Shown here in pieces: positions 52,036-64,000 of a stretch of 64,000 nt of DNA; position 1 is the first letter of the stretch; each line of letters starts with the position of its first letter. Source of the DNA: Octopus vulgaris. Taxonomy: Eukaryota. The DNA lies in contig OX597837.1 of the NCBI GenBank assembly GCA_951406725.2, forward strand, positions 38,874,001-38,938,000. Reading direction: 5' to 3'. The notes beneath the pieces were generated by a model. The model searched no databases. It saw nothing but the letters and a program-made list of their open reading frames with translations, and was not told where the DNA came from. Both the position numbers and the translations under genes were made by a program.

Positions 52036-53105
52036 CCCTTTTGTTACCAAACCGCCCGAAAAAAATTTTGGTTAATGTGACCAAGCCGCCCAAAACCGCC
52101 CGAATTTACCTATTCATATTTAAATGAGAATATCAGAGCAAATCTCTTTAGTACATTCGTGAAAACACGAATTATACTTCGTAAAGAGTTCAACGACAGT
52201 TTTGTACAAAAATCGAAGTGTAATTTTAATTCCGTGAATTTTGGGAGATTTTTTTCCGAAATTTGTTCCTATTGTGTTTTCAAAATTTGTAATTCTGACA
52301 AAAAATGGATACGAATTTCATTATATCAAGCAGCGAGTCAGAATTCGAAGGATTTTCTACTGAAGACCTTCATAAATCTAACTCTATGACTGAAAAAAAA
52401 AAAGCACGTGGTATTTGATAATGAATCTGATGTTTCATTTTCCGAAAGTGAAAACAGTGAATCCGAGAGCTCCGACAGCAATAAAGAAAATTAATTGGCA
52501 CCTGAATGGAGTGAAAATTTGAAAACTGTTTCTTTCGGTGATTTTTCTGAAGAAACTGGACCAAGCCACAGACTTTCCCAGAAGAGTAAAGCCTTAGACT
52601 ATTTCTTTTTACTTTTTTGAATGAGCCTATTTGAAATCATTACGGCGGAAACGAACCGTTACGCTAAATGTAAACAAAATGAAAGAAAGTGGTTTCCCAT
52701 AACCTTAAATGAAATTAAGACTATTTTGCCATAAATATTATTATGGGTATCAGAAAGTTACCCAGAATAACAAATTCTATCGTAAAATTTTGTTGTATAC
52801 CCAATTGAATATTAGCTAATAACCCATTTTCTATAGCTAATAACCCATTTTCTATTTTAATAATTTTATATTTTGTTGAATTTACCTGTATCTACCTGCA
52901 ATTAGAGTCACTTTGTGACAAAAATTATAGTATAGAATTGGTTGAGAACATTTCATTAAATTATCTTCCAAAATTCACGTTAATATATTGATAAATAAAA
53001 AAGTTATAGTTGTTTAATGAAACCAGACTAAATTTATGATTACGTTAGAAATTAATTGAAACCCATAAGGGGTGTATTTTGGTCAGAAATATAGTAACGA
53101 AAGGG
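52036..53105 (+). mobile_element. Internally deleted piggyBac element
   Basis: TTAA TSDs and CCCTTT/AAAGGG termini; transposase remnant LFEIITAETNRYA..WFPITLNEIK..IIMGIRKLP. Confidence 0.85.
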
Positions 53106-53204
53106 TTAAACAATATTTTAATATTTGGTAGAAGGAAAATCTAATTTTTCCCTGTAAATTTCGATTTACTCCTAATATTATTATTATATATTATTTATAT
53201 ATAT

Positions 53205-56200
53205 ATAAAGGAGATGAAAGAACCGAAAAAGGAAGAAAAACTGAAGCTAAAACTCAGACAAAGCCAAGGGGCAAGGCAGCCGGGGATAGAGGCAAACCTA
53301 ACTATCCATATGCCAAAAAGGATGGAAACAAGCAGCGCACACGGGTATGTTGGTTCTACCTGAAAGGTGCCTGCCGGCATGGAGAGGAAGGTGCAAGCTG
53401 CCGTTTTGCACATCCGGGACCCTGCCGCAGAAACCAACCACCGAAAGGAAATGGGATGGACCACGCATCACCTGCCCCAAAACGGAGGTACGCAGATGTG
53501 GTGTGTGCCACAAACCACCAACGTGTTGTTGAAAGGGCAGCTGCTGAGCAAGAATCTTTTTGTGCATGGCACAAAAGATTATACAGCAGCTAACCTGGCT
53601 CCATCAAACTCAAGCTCGCAGATGGAACTACCCACAGTTCACAAGACCGCCACAGCAGATGGACCCAGGGTGGACACCACCGGCAACAGCATACACCTCA
53701 CCTCGATGCTCCTACTGAACATCAGAGGACTACTAACACACAGTAACAGGACAAAAGTCCCGTTCTTGAGAGACTTTGTCGCATGCAATCAAGCCTTATG
53801 CATAGCACTCACGGAAACGCACCTGAAACCGGACATAGCAGATGCGGAATTACACATACCACAGTATGTTGTACTACGGACCAACAGAAAAGAAAGGAGT
53901 CATGGAGGAGTTGCTATGTACATCCGTGAGGACCTCACACCCCAGGTCCTTTTGTCATACTCAAACTCGGTGTGTGACACACTAATTGTACACATAAGGC
54001 AACTTGATGTAGTTGTGTGTGCTACATATCGCCCTCCAGATGCCCCAAGCCATATGGGCAAGTTTGAGGACTGCCTTATAAAAATAGAAGAAGTTCTAAT
54101 CACATTAGAACAACACATAAGTGTACTTCTCATGGGAGACTTCAATCTACCCAATGTCAGATGGCCCGAGGGCCTTTCTCTCCCAGGAATGACAAGATGT
54201 GAACGAGGACAGGCGAGGTCCCTCTGAACCTCATCAACACCCTGTACATGGAGCAAGTAATACTCCAACCAACCAGAGCAGGTAACACACTGGATCTCTG
54301 CTTCACAAATAATATGGATCTCATCCATAATGTGAAAGTGACACCGACACTACTGTCGGATCACAACATGGTAGAGCTGACCATGTACGGGTCAAAAGAG
54401 AGCACGGACATGCAGCCTACAAGAAACCCTCAGAATCTTTCCAGCTTGAACTTCAATAAGGCAAACTGGAAACAAATTGAGAAAGAGATCCTCAAACAAA
54501 ACTGGCCTGAATGTCTCTCCTCGCCGGACATCGACATGATACTTCAACAATTCATGTCTGTAATGCAAGCCATATGCTACAAATGTGTCCCAGAGAGAAA
54601 GGCCACTGTACACAAGAACAAAATCCCCAGAGAGAGGAAAATTTTAATGAGACGGCGTACAAAAATTTCAAATCGCCTAAACAAACAAATTGAAAGCAGT
54701 GAAAAGTCCCGCCTGAAGATAAAACTGTTGGAAATTGAAAATTGTCTGCAACTCTCCCATGAGAAGGAAAGAGCAGACAAAGAAGCCTGGGCTATAGACA
54801 ACATAAAAACTAACCCCAGAGCTTTCTACAGGTATGCCAAAGAAACAGCTACGGTGCACTGTAGGATAGGCCACTCCTTGAAAAGGATGGCACACTCACA
54901 GGAAAACCAATGAGGGTAAGTGATATACTGAATGAACAATTCAAGAGTGTTTTCACTCCACCCCTTGGGCATTTCCAAATCAGCAATCCAACTGACTTCT
55001 TTACCACTGCAGATATAGAATCAGAGGCGGCGACGATAAATTACATCGATATAAAGGAAGACGATGTAATCAAGGCTATAGATGAAATGAAAACAGACTC
55101 AGCTATTGGCCCCAATGGATTCCCGGCAATCCTCCTAAAAGTATGTAAGAGAGTCCTAGCAAGACCACTGCAGTTCCTCTTTCAGAGCTTCCTTGCAGCT
55201 GGCAAACTTCCAAGAAAACTGAAGGAAGGTAAAATATGCCCTATTCATAAAGGAGGTAGCAGAGCGGAGGCCAAGAACTACAGACCTATCTCTCTCACCT
55301 CACACATCAGCAAGGTCATGGAACGAATGGTCAGAAGGAAACTAATCACCTTCCTTGAAGAAAATGACTTGCTGCCTGACACCCAACATGGTTTCCGACC
55401 AGGAAGAAGCTGCTTAACTCAGCTCCTGCAGCACTATGACTGGGTGCTGAAACAACTGCTCAACCACTCAAATGTGAAAGTCATATATCTCGACTTCGCA
55501 AAGGCCTTCGATAAAGTCGATCATGGAATGATATGTCACAAACTGCGTGATCTTGGCATAGTTGGAAAACTAGGAGAATGGCTTCATGACTTTCTGAAGA
55601 ATAGAAGTCAGGTGGTAGCAGCCAATGGGGCCACTTCCATTAGCACGCAAATAGTGAGCGGTGTTCTGCAGGGCACTGTTTTGGGACCACTACTGTTCAT
55701 AATGGCCCTCTCAGACATGCCCTCAGCCACGCAGAGAGCCACGATCACAAGTTATGCAGATGATACAAAAGTTTCACAGGCAATACAGAACCCTGAAGAC
55801 ACTAAGCACCTGCAATGAAATATACAAGCTGGATGAAATATACAAGTGGGCTGAAAAGAATAGCATGCAGTTCAATGCTGAAAAGTTTCAAGCTTTATAC
55901 TATCAGCATGCAAAACTGAATGCAATACCCAATGAATACACTGGACCCGGAGGAATTGCAATCCCAGAGGCACAATCAGTGCGTGACCTGGGTATTCACA
56001 TGAGTGATGACGCGACCTTTCATGTACATGTTGCTAAACTGACAATGAAATGTAGACGGCTGGCTGGATGGATTCTTAGAACCTTTAGAACAAGAGAACA
56101 AGAAACCATGATGGTCCTCTGGAAGACACTTGTCCTAAGCCACTTTGACTATTGCTCTCAGCTATGGTCACCATCCAGTGTCAAGTTGATCACAGAACTT

Positions 56201-56757
56201 GAGGCGATCCAACGAAGCTACACGAAGAAGATAGCCTCTGTGCAGCATATGAGCTACTGGGAGAGACTCAAGAGATTAAAGCTCTATTCCCTGGAGCGTA
56301 GGCGAGAAAGATATGCCATAATATATATCTGGAAGATCCTGGAAGGTCTTGTCCCAGACTTTGGCATCGAGAGTCACACAAATGCCAGAACCGGACGCCA
56401 CTGCATAGTACCAAGGACTCCAAATTTGCCATCAAGATGTAGGACAAGATATTGTGATAGCCTGGGCTTCAGAGGCCCACGGCTCTTCAACATCCTCCCG
56501 AAGAACCTGAGGGACCTGCATGGTGTAGATGCGGATGTCTTTAAAGTAGGACTGGATCTCTTCCTGTCAGGTGTCCCGGATGAACCAACTTCACGGCAGG
56601 AGGTGCAGATGAGAGCAGCTGCATCGAACTCTCTCATGCATCAGATGGCATTTGCTAAAAAGCATCCGTGAGGTAAAACCGTGTAGCAAACCAAATGGCG
56701 GTGCCCCAGCATGGCCACAGCTCATTAGCTGAAACTGGAAAAATCAAAAATCAAAAT

Positions 56758-56760
<3 letters not shown>
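53205..56760 (+). mobile_element. CR1-like LINE: ORF1 remnant plus disrupted ORF2 (AP endonuclease + RT)
   Basis: LLNIRGL, LTETHL, YRPP, MGDFNLP, LDLCFT, SDHN; YRPISLTS, QHGFR, YLDFAKAFDKV, QGTVLGP, YADD; (AAAATC)n tail; stop at 54225 and frameshifts near 54900 and 55815. Confidence 0.92.
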
Positions 56761-56793
<33 letters not shown>

Positions 56794-57205
56794 CGCAGGA
56801 GTGGCTGTGTGGTAAGTAGCTTGTTTACCAACCACACGGTTCCGGGTTCAGTCCCACTTCATGGCACCATGGGCAAGTAAGTTCTACTATAGCCCCGGGC
56901 CGACCAAAGCCCTGTGAGTGGATTTGGTAGACGGAAACTGAAAGAAGTCCGTTGTATATATATATATATATGCATGCGTGTGTGTGTTTGTGTGTCTGTG
57001 TTTGTCTCCCTAGCATTGCTTGACAACCGATGCCGGTGTTTTTATGTCCCCGTTACTTAGCGGTTCGGCAAAAGAGACCGATAGAATAAGTACTGGGCTT
57101 ACAAAAGAATAAGTTCCGGGGTCGAGTTGCTCGATTAAAGGCGGTGCTCCAGCATGGCCGCAGTCAAATGACTGAAACAAGTAAAAGAGTAAAAGAGAGT
57201 GTGTT

Positions 57206-57253
<48 letters not shown>

Positions 57254-57494
57254 TACACACGTATATACATATATACACATGTAGATGTTTCCATATAGAT
57301 TTATACACATGCTCAGTTTGCTACATGTGGTACTGAACCCGAAGCCATGTTGTTCTAATGCAGCTTCCCAACAGCGCAACCATTGATTTGCATGGGTTTG
57401 ATTGTTGAATGAAGTGCCCTGACCACTGAGTTACTTTTCTTTTAACTCCACCATCATCACAATATTTATTTTACTTGTTTCTGTTGTTTTTCAG

Positions 57495-58060
57495 TCTTAC
57501 CAAAGCAGTATCCTGCTTAAAACAGTCACTCCGACCAGCGTGAAAGTGGAGCTGCAGAGTGAAGAAGGAGAGATATACAATGCTGGATCAAAGAATATTC
57601 TAATCGACGAGCCAAGGGAAGATAATCCTTTAATAAGCAAATTTGATCAATTGCCGAGTACATCGGCCTATGTAGAGGCGTCTGGGGAAAGCATTAAGAG
57701 CCTTCCCAATGAAGCTTTTTCTCAGTCGGGATCAGTTGATGAATCGGCAGACAGCGAAGACAGCGATTCTGTGAAGATGATGAGTGAAGTACATAAGAAA
57801 TTTGCTGAAGGACAACCGTGTGGAGTTAGTGCAGAATATGATCCCGAATGACGTATTGGATCATTTGTTGCAGAAGGATGTATTAACAATGTCTGAAAAG
57901 AAACGAATCAAAGCTGAAGGAGCATCTATGAATAAAAAACTCATTGATACAATCATGTGCAAACCAGATAAGGCTTTCTTTGTGTTTGTAGCTGCCCTGA
58001 AGAACACTGGTCAACCTCATTTGGCCGATTTGCTGTCACCTGCAAAAAAGCGAAAACCAG
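57495..58060 (+). CDS. Gene B linker + CARD3 exon (phase 0->1) with a +1 frameshift at 57801-57803
   Basis: ttttttcAG acceptor in frame with ORF 57540; the CARD continues in ORF 57784; TTT replaces the TT of the paralogs; donor CCAG|GTAATT. Confidence 0.8.
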
Positions 58061-58092
58061 GTAATTTCTTTCTACACAAATACACCCACCTA

Positions 58093-58160
<68 letters not shown>

Positions 58161-58984
58161 TACCCACTCTCTCGCACGCATGCATGTGAATAGGTATGGC
58201 TCTGTGGTAAAGAAGTTCATTTTCCAGTCGGATTGTTTCCGGTTCAGTCCTACTGTATGGCACTTTGGACAAGTGTTTTCCAAATTCTTGTGAGTGTATT
58301 TGGTAGAAGGAAACTGCAAATCAACCTGTTGTATATATGTGCCTATATGTATATATACACACAATTTGCTGTCACCTGCAAAGAAGCGAAAACAAGGTAA
58401 TTTCTTCACACACATACACCCACCCACTCTCTCGCACACCTGTGAATAGGTAGTTTCTTGTTATTATAAAACCTGCTTAACCATATTAGGCAGACTTTAT
58501 AATGACAAGAAATGTTTAGCGGCTCTCAATTTAATATTTTGTACATTAAATAATATTTATCTTCCAGCAAATGGAGGACATTTTTTGTTGATCGGAACAC
58601 TAAACTCTGTGTGTGTGTATTATGTATGTATATATGTATATATACACATACACAGACATGTATATATTAGCATATACATATATAAATACAAGCAATAAGT
58701 TTCTTCTGTGGTTTTCCAAATCCACCCACAAGGCTTTGTTTGGGCCATGGCTATAATAGAAATCACACAGCTAAGGTGTTGCACAGTGGGACTGAACCTA
58801 ACATCACATTCTTGGAAAGCAAACTACTTACCACACAGCCACATCTGTAACCATACATACATATATGCATACACACACACTCCTACCTACATACATACAT
58901 AGGTACTGTAAACTTAGAGTGAATACTTGATAAGTGTAAGCACCTGTATATGCCAGATAGTGGCAGAGGTGAGAGAGAATATAT

Positions 58985-59706
58985 TGTTACGACACACAGG
59001 GTGGGATCACCTCGATTTTGATTCGTCAAAAAATTGATGACGTTTTACCTCAGTGGTCAAGCTTGTCGCCCTGCTTGGTCGGTTTCCTCACAAGATACAG
59101 TTATGGGTCAGACCCGATTTTGATTCGTCAAAAAATTGATGACGTTTTTCTTCCGTGGTCAAACTAGTCGTTCTGCTGGGCTAGCCACCTAACAGGATAC
59201 AGTCATGGGTCAGATCTAATTTCGATTCGTAAAAAAATTGATGACGTTTTTCTTCCGTGGTCAAACTAGTCGTTCTGCTGGGCTAGCCACCTAACAGGAT
59301 ACAGTCATGGGTCAGATCTAATTTCGATTCGTAAAAAAATTGATGACGTTTTTCTTCCGTGGTCAAACTTGTCGTTCTGCTTGGTTGGTTTCCTAACAGG
59401 ATACAGTTAGGGGTCTTTTCCCTATATTCGTTGAGGCTCGGTTTTGATTGGTTTGGAATTATATGACGTCAGTGAACAGTGCCAGAGACCAGGACCACCA
59501 CTACTGCTCTCACAGCCACAGCTTAGCTGATATAAATCCAACAATCACAAAATTTACCAAAATTACGCCAGCAGACGCTGACCAAGAATCATTACTGTTG
59601 CTCCCATTGGAACACAAGGTAAAATCTATAATGAACTCCTCGCCTTTTCAAGAACATGGATTCTATTGAATGTATATAGCATGGACTCTATTGAATGTAT
59701 GTAACA
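58985..59706 (+). mobile_element. Paralog of the LTR-like element at 8204-8823, with 4 internal repeat units
   Basis: TGTTAC..GTAACA; one extra unit relative to the copy at 8204. Confidence 0.4.
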
Positions 59707-59832
59707 ATTATGAACTGTTCCATTATACTCTTTATTATAAAAATTTCTTTTGATAAGGTTCGTTATTTCAAGAACTGAAACATGTAAAATTAAAATTTAT
59801 CTAATATAGTGGCATTTTCAAACTTCTTTTTT

Positions 59833-59835
<3 letters not shown>

Positions 59836-59876
<41 letters not shown>

Positions 59877-59879
59877 GTG

Positions 59880-59926
<47 letters not shown>

Positions 59927-60017
59927 GTGTGTATATATATATATATGTGTGTGTGTGTATATATATATATGTGTGTGTGTGTGTATATATATATGTGTGT
60001 GTGTGTATATATATATA

Positions 60018-60048
<31 letters not shown>

Positions 60049-60140
60049 GTGTGTGTGTATATATATATATGTATATATATATATGTGTATATATATGTAT
60101 ATATACATACATACATACATACATATATATATGTATATAA
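59836..60140. repeat. Compound (TA)n/(TG)n microsatellite, about twice as long as its paralog at ~8950-9100
   Basis: Direct reading. Confidence 0.9.
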
Positions 60141-60261
60141 GCACAGTTTCGTCTTCCATGTTGTATGTTTAGAGAAAAAAACTTAAGATCCCTTCACTCA
60201 ATCCAACTCTCCCTCTTTCTCCCTTCTCCCTCTCTTTCACGCTCATTTATTATTAATATCA

Positions 60262-60293
<32 letters not shown>

Positions 60294-60868
60294 GGTCATT
60301 TGTTAATTCATTTATCTAAGTTTGTCACAGTTTGGCTGACCAAAAACTGTTGGTTTTAGCTCTAGTTAAGAATACAAATTCCCAATTCTATCTCATTATT
60401 ATTATTACTATTCTTTCACACTGGCAGCCTGAGTTTTCACTGTTTTACGGTGTGTCCATCCTTCCCACCCCCACCACCTGTACCGCAAGTCTTTATCCTC
60501 TGACCCAGTGGTTTTCAACCAGGGTTCCTCCAGTACAGTCCAGGGGTTCCGCAAAAAGTTACAAAACTGCTAAAATCGACAGTAATTTTTAATTCTCCTG
60601 TGCAGATATGTGTGCATAAGACTATTAAATTATTGCACAGGGAATATTTCCTTGGGGTTCCGCTCCAGCAAAAAGTTTGAAAAGCACTGCTCTGACCCCT
60701 ATCAGATGTCTTTTCCCTGATCACCTCCAAAAGCTTAATACTTCCCAATCCCTACTTAGGGTTTATCTCTTATGCAATGTAGTGATTAAATTAGTGCATA
60801 AAATGATGGTGTAGTGTGCGCAGGTTGAGGGCTATTGTATGTTTATGAGTTCTGCCATATGCAAGCTT

Positions 60869-63503
60869 TCTTTTCAGGTACACGATGCTGCCGTGCCCTA
60901 TCCCAGAAACGCGCGGGCCCACGCAGAGTTGGCACATTGAAAGGTAGCTCTGGTGAGATTGTTGAAATGCTTGAACTGAGATGTGTAGGTTTGTGCTGCA
61001 TCCAACAAATAAGGTGGAAAGGAAGTTCTGCTAGGTTCCTTACAGGCAAAGAATATAGGTATAAGATTTTCTGGGTAGGGAACACTGACGGGGTTGGGGG
61101 CATGGGACTACTTGCGGAGAAAAAATATGGGTTGATAAGGTAATCGAGGTAGTCAGAGTTTGTCATAAAATACTTAAGCTTAGAGTAGTGCTGCAACATA
61201 GGTTAGCTACCATTATCTCAGCTTACACCCCTCAGCCAGGGCTACCTGATGAACAAAAGACCGATTTTATGACACCCTCTTGCAGGCTACCTTGTCGGCG
61301 AATGACAGGGACCTTCTTTTTGTGACGGGCAACTTCAATGGGCATAGACAACATGCATGGGGCTTCCATGGTGTACATGGTGGCTATGGTTTTGGTTCCC
61401 ACAATGCAAATGATCTTATGGTTTGTAATACACCTATTCATCTACCAGTTTCGAGGTCACACTAGTAACACTGACTACATCCTCACCAGGAAACGGGAAA
61501 GACGGCTATTTATAAATGTCAAAAACATCACAGGTGAAGAATGCACATTACAACATAGATTAGTAGCTAGCGACTTCAGGATCAGGGCTAAATCGATGCC
61601 CAGAAGACAACCAGCATGGAAAAAAAGGGTCTGGAAGCTTAAGGATCCTGTGAATAAATAGAGATGTATTACTTAAAGCTTTTGACAAAATAGAGGAGGA
61701 TATAGCATCATATGATGTGGAAGACAACTGGAGGTTCTTACGGGACAACCTATTGAGGGCTACTGACAAGATCTGTGAATGGTGCAAAGTTTCCTCTTGA
61801 CCCAAGGTAACGTAGTGGTGGAACAATGTAGTTGACAGAGCCATTAGGGAAAAGAAACAGACTTAGGAGGACTGGAAGAACGGTGGTAGTAGGGAATTGT
61901 ATCAGTTTGCCAGAAGGGAAGCTAGGAGACGGGTTTACTTAGCTAGAGGTGAAGCAGATAAGAAAAATTTGCCAATTTTCTGTGTTGTGAGGACTAAAGA
62001 CTTGAAGTGTTTTGTGTTGCAAGACTGTGAGAGAGAATCATGATGTTGTAGGAGAGAAATGTGTCCGCATGGATGATGGTTCACTTGCATTTAATGAGGC
62101 TGCAGAGAGATGTGGAGACGCCACTGTAAAAGGTTGCTAAATGAAGAGAATGAATGGGAGAAAGAGAGTCTGCCGAATATCAACCCAAGAGAGGGACTAG
62201 CTATCTTAATTGACAGTACCTTGGTAGATAAAGCAATTAAGGGTATGAAGTCAGGGAAAGTCCCTGGCCCATCAGGAATCACTGTAGAGATGCTTAAAAT
62301 ATTTGGCAGCATTGGCTATAGTCTAGTCACCCATATAGACAATCAGGTGATACATGAAGGAGTTATACCCAATGACTGGTGTAGCAGCACCATAGGCAAC
62401 TGCTATAAAGGTAGGAATAATTGCAGAGGTATGAAGTTGTTGAATCAAGTAATGAAAGTCATGGAGAGGGTCATAGCCCAACTAATTAGAGAGAGTGTTA
62501 GATTAGATAAGACACAGTTTGGGTTTGTGCCAGGGAAAAGCACCACTGATGCTATATTTCTGGTAAGGCATCTGCAGGAGAAATATCTGACCAAAGATAA
62601 ACCTCTGTACTTGGCTTTTGTTGACTTGGAGAAAGCCTATGACAGGGTCCCCCGATCCCTTATCTGGTGGTCAATGCGGAAACTGGAGATAGGTGAGTGG
62701 TTGGTGAGAGCTGTACAAGTCCTGTACAGGGATGCTCTCAGTAAGGTGAGGGTTGGCAATGAGTATAGTGAAGAATTCCGGCTAGAAGTAAGTGTTCACC
62801 AAGGATCTGTCCTCATCCCCCTCTTATTCATCATAGTCCTCCAGGCAATAAGAGAGGACTTCAAGACAGGCTGCACATGGGAGCTCCTCTATGCTGATCG
62901 CCTTGTCACTGCCAGAACTGGGAGACAGAGTTTAGGGTGTGGAAGCAAGGTCTGGAATTGAAGGGCTTTAGGGTTAACCTAGCAAAAACCAAAGTTTTAA
63001 TAAGTAGGAAGGCAGACAAATCACAAACCCCTTCAGGTGGATGGCCCTGCTCGATCTGTAAAAAAGGCATAGGTAGAAACTCCATATGAAGTGCCTGGTG
63101 TAAGCTGTAGACACACAAAAGGTGCAGTAATATCAAAGGAATGTTTACCGGGAAGATAGTTTTTGTGTATGAGAGATACACAGGAGCAAAAAACACTGAA
63201 GATGTACAGAGAACAGATTCCATCACACGACAGGGGGAAAAACTAGAAGTAGTTGATAGCTTTTGGTACCTATGTAACCAAGTCTGTAGTGGGGGTGGTT
63301 GCTTTGAGAGTGTAGCGGCTAGAATAAGAATAGCCTGGGCAAATTTCAGGGAGCTCCTACTTCTACTGGCAACTAAGGGGCTGTTACTCAGGATGAAAGG
63401 TAGACTGTATGATGCATGTGTGCGAACTGCCATGCTACATGGCAGTGAAACATGGGCCATGACTGCTGAGGACATGTGTAGGCTTAAAAGAAATGAAGCT
63501 AGT
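60869..63503 (+). mobile_element. Decayed RTE LINE, paralog of 9829-12437
   Basis: ORFs 62110-62961 and 63141-63641 match those at 11055-11895 and 12075-12575. Confidence 0.9.
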
Positions 63504-63959
63504 ATAATCTGTACACACACAAACACACGCTCACACAAACACTATTGGTGCCCACACAATTTCTGTCTACCAAATTTTCTCACATTGGTTGGCCCATTCT
63601 GCCAAAATAAATGCTTTTTCATCCACATTGCCTTGAACTAATCAGGCATTATCTTGTAGCTATGAGATTTTGATGAGGTAGCTGTTAATTTTTAAAATGA
63701 TATTGTAGGATCGGTGTGAGAGACCAGATCTGGCCATTTTGAACATAAAACAGGCAGAATACTTTTGGCCGGATATGGCCAGTTTAAATGCTAAAGAGTT
63801 AAGATGCCATGGAGTGGAACTGAACCGAGAACCATGCGATTGCTAAGCTAGATTCTTAACCACACAACCCCCAAAAATAAAGTAAAAAAAGAGAAAAGAA
63901 AAACAAGCAAACAAAATAGAAATGAAAAAAATAAAACATATAACTGCATTTATTTATCT

Positions 63960-64000
63960 ATTTGTTTTTTTTTTAAATTTTGTTTTTTCTGTTTCTTTCC
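63960..64000 (+). promoter_or_regulatory. Polypyrimidine tract of the gene B terminal-exon acceptor (AG just beyond the window)
   Basis: Matches 12890-12927 (..ttttttctgtttctttcc, followed there by AG). Confidence 0.7.

Noticed and set aside
59790-60186. YI/HT/CV-rich ORFs
   Set aside because: Translations of microsatellites.

Overview
AT-rich, repeat-dense animal genomic DNA. The SINE/RTE repertoire looks like that of Octopus (inference, not a database result). The host content is a + strand tandem cluster of two paralogous genes built from repeated linker+CARD exons, with no catalytic or sensor domain visible. Gene A is 5'-incomplete: exons 1019-1085, 6802-7301 (CARD), 12930-12973. Gene B is a phase-consistent 3-CARD model: 24096-24621, 36270-36336, 41928-42442, 44499-44542, 57495-58060 (one extra T), plus a terminal exon whose acceptor tract ends the window. 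Gene A looks like an unequal-crossover hybrid of CARD2 and CARD3. Every substitution I could find among the young CARD copies is non-synonymous. Introns carry RTE LINEs (with a PHD-like finger inside the RT), a CR1-like LINE, Helitrons, piggyBac, mariner and 8-bp-TSD MITEs, tRNA-SINE arrays, and Penelope remnants with several hammerhead ribozyme motifs. Exon models rest on splice signals, phase and paralog comparison by eye; there is no transcript evidence.
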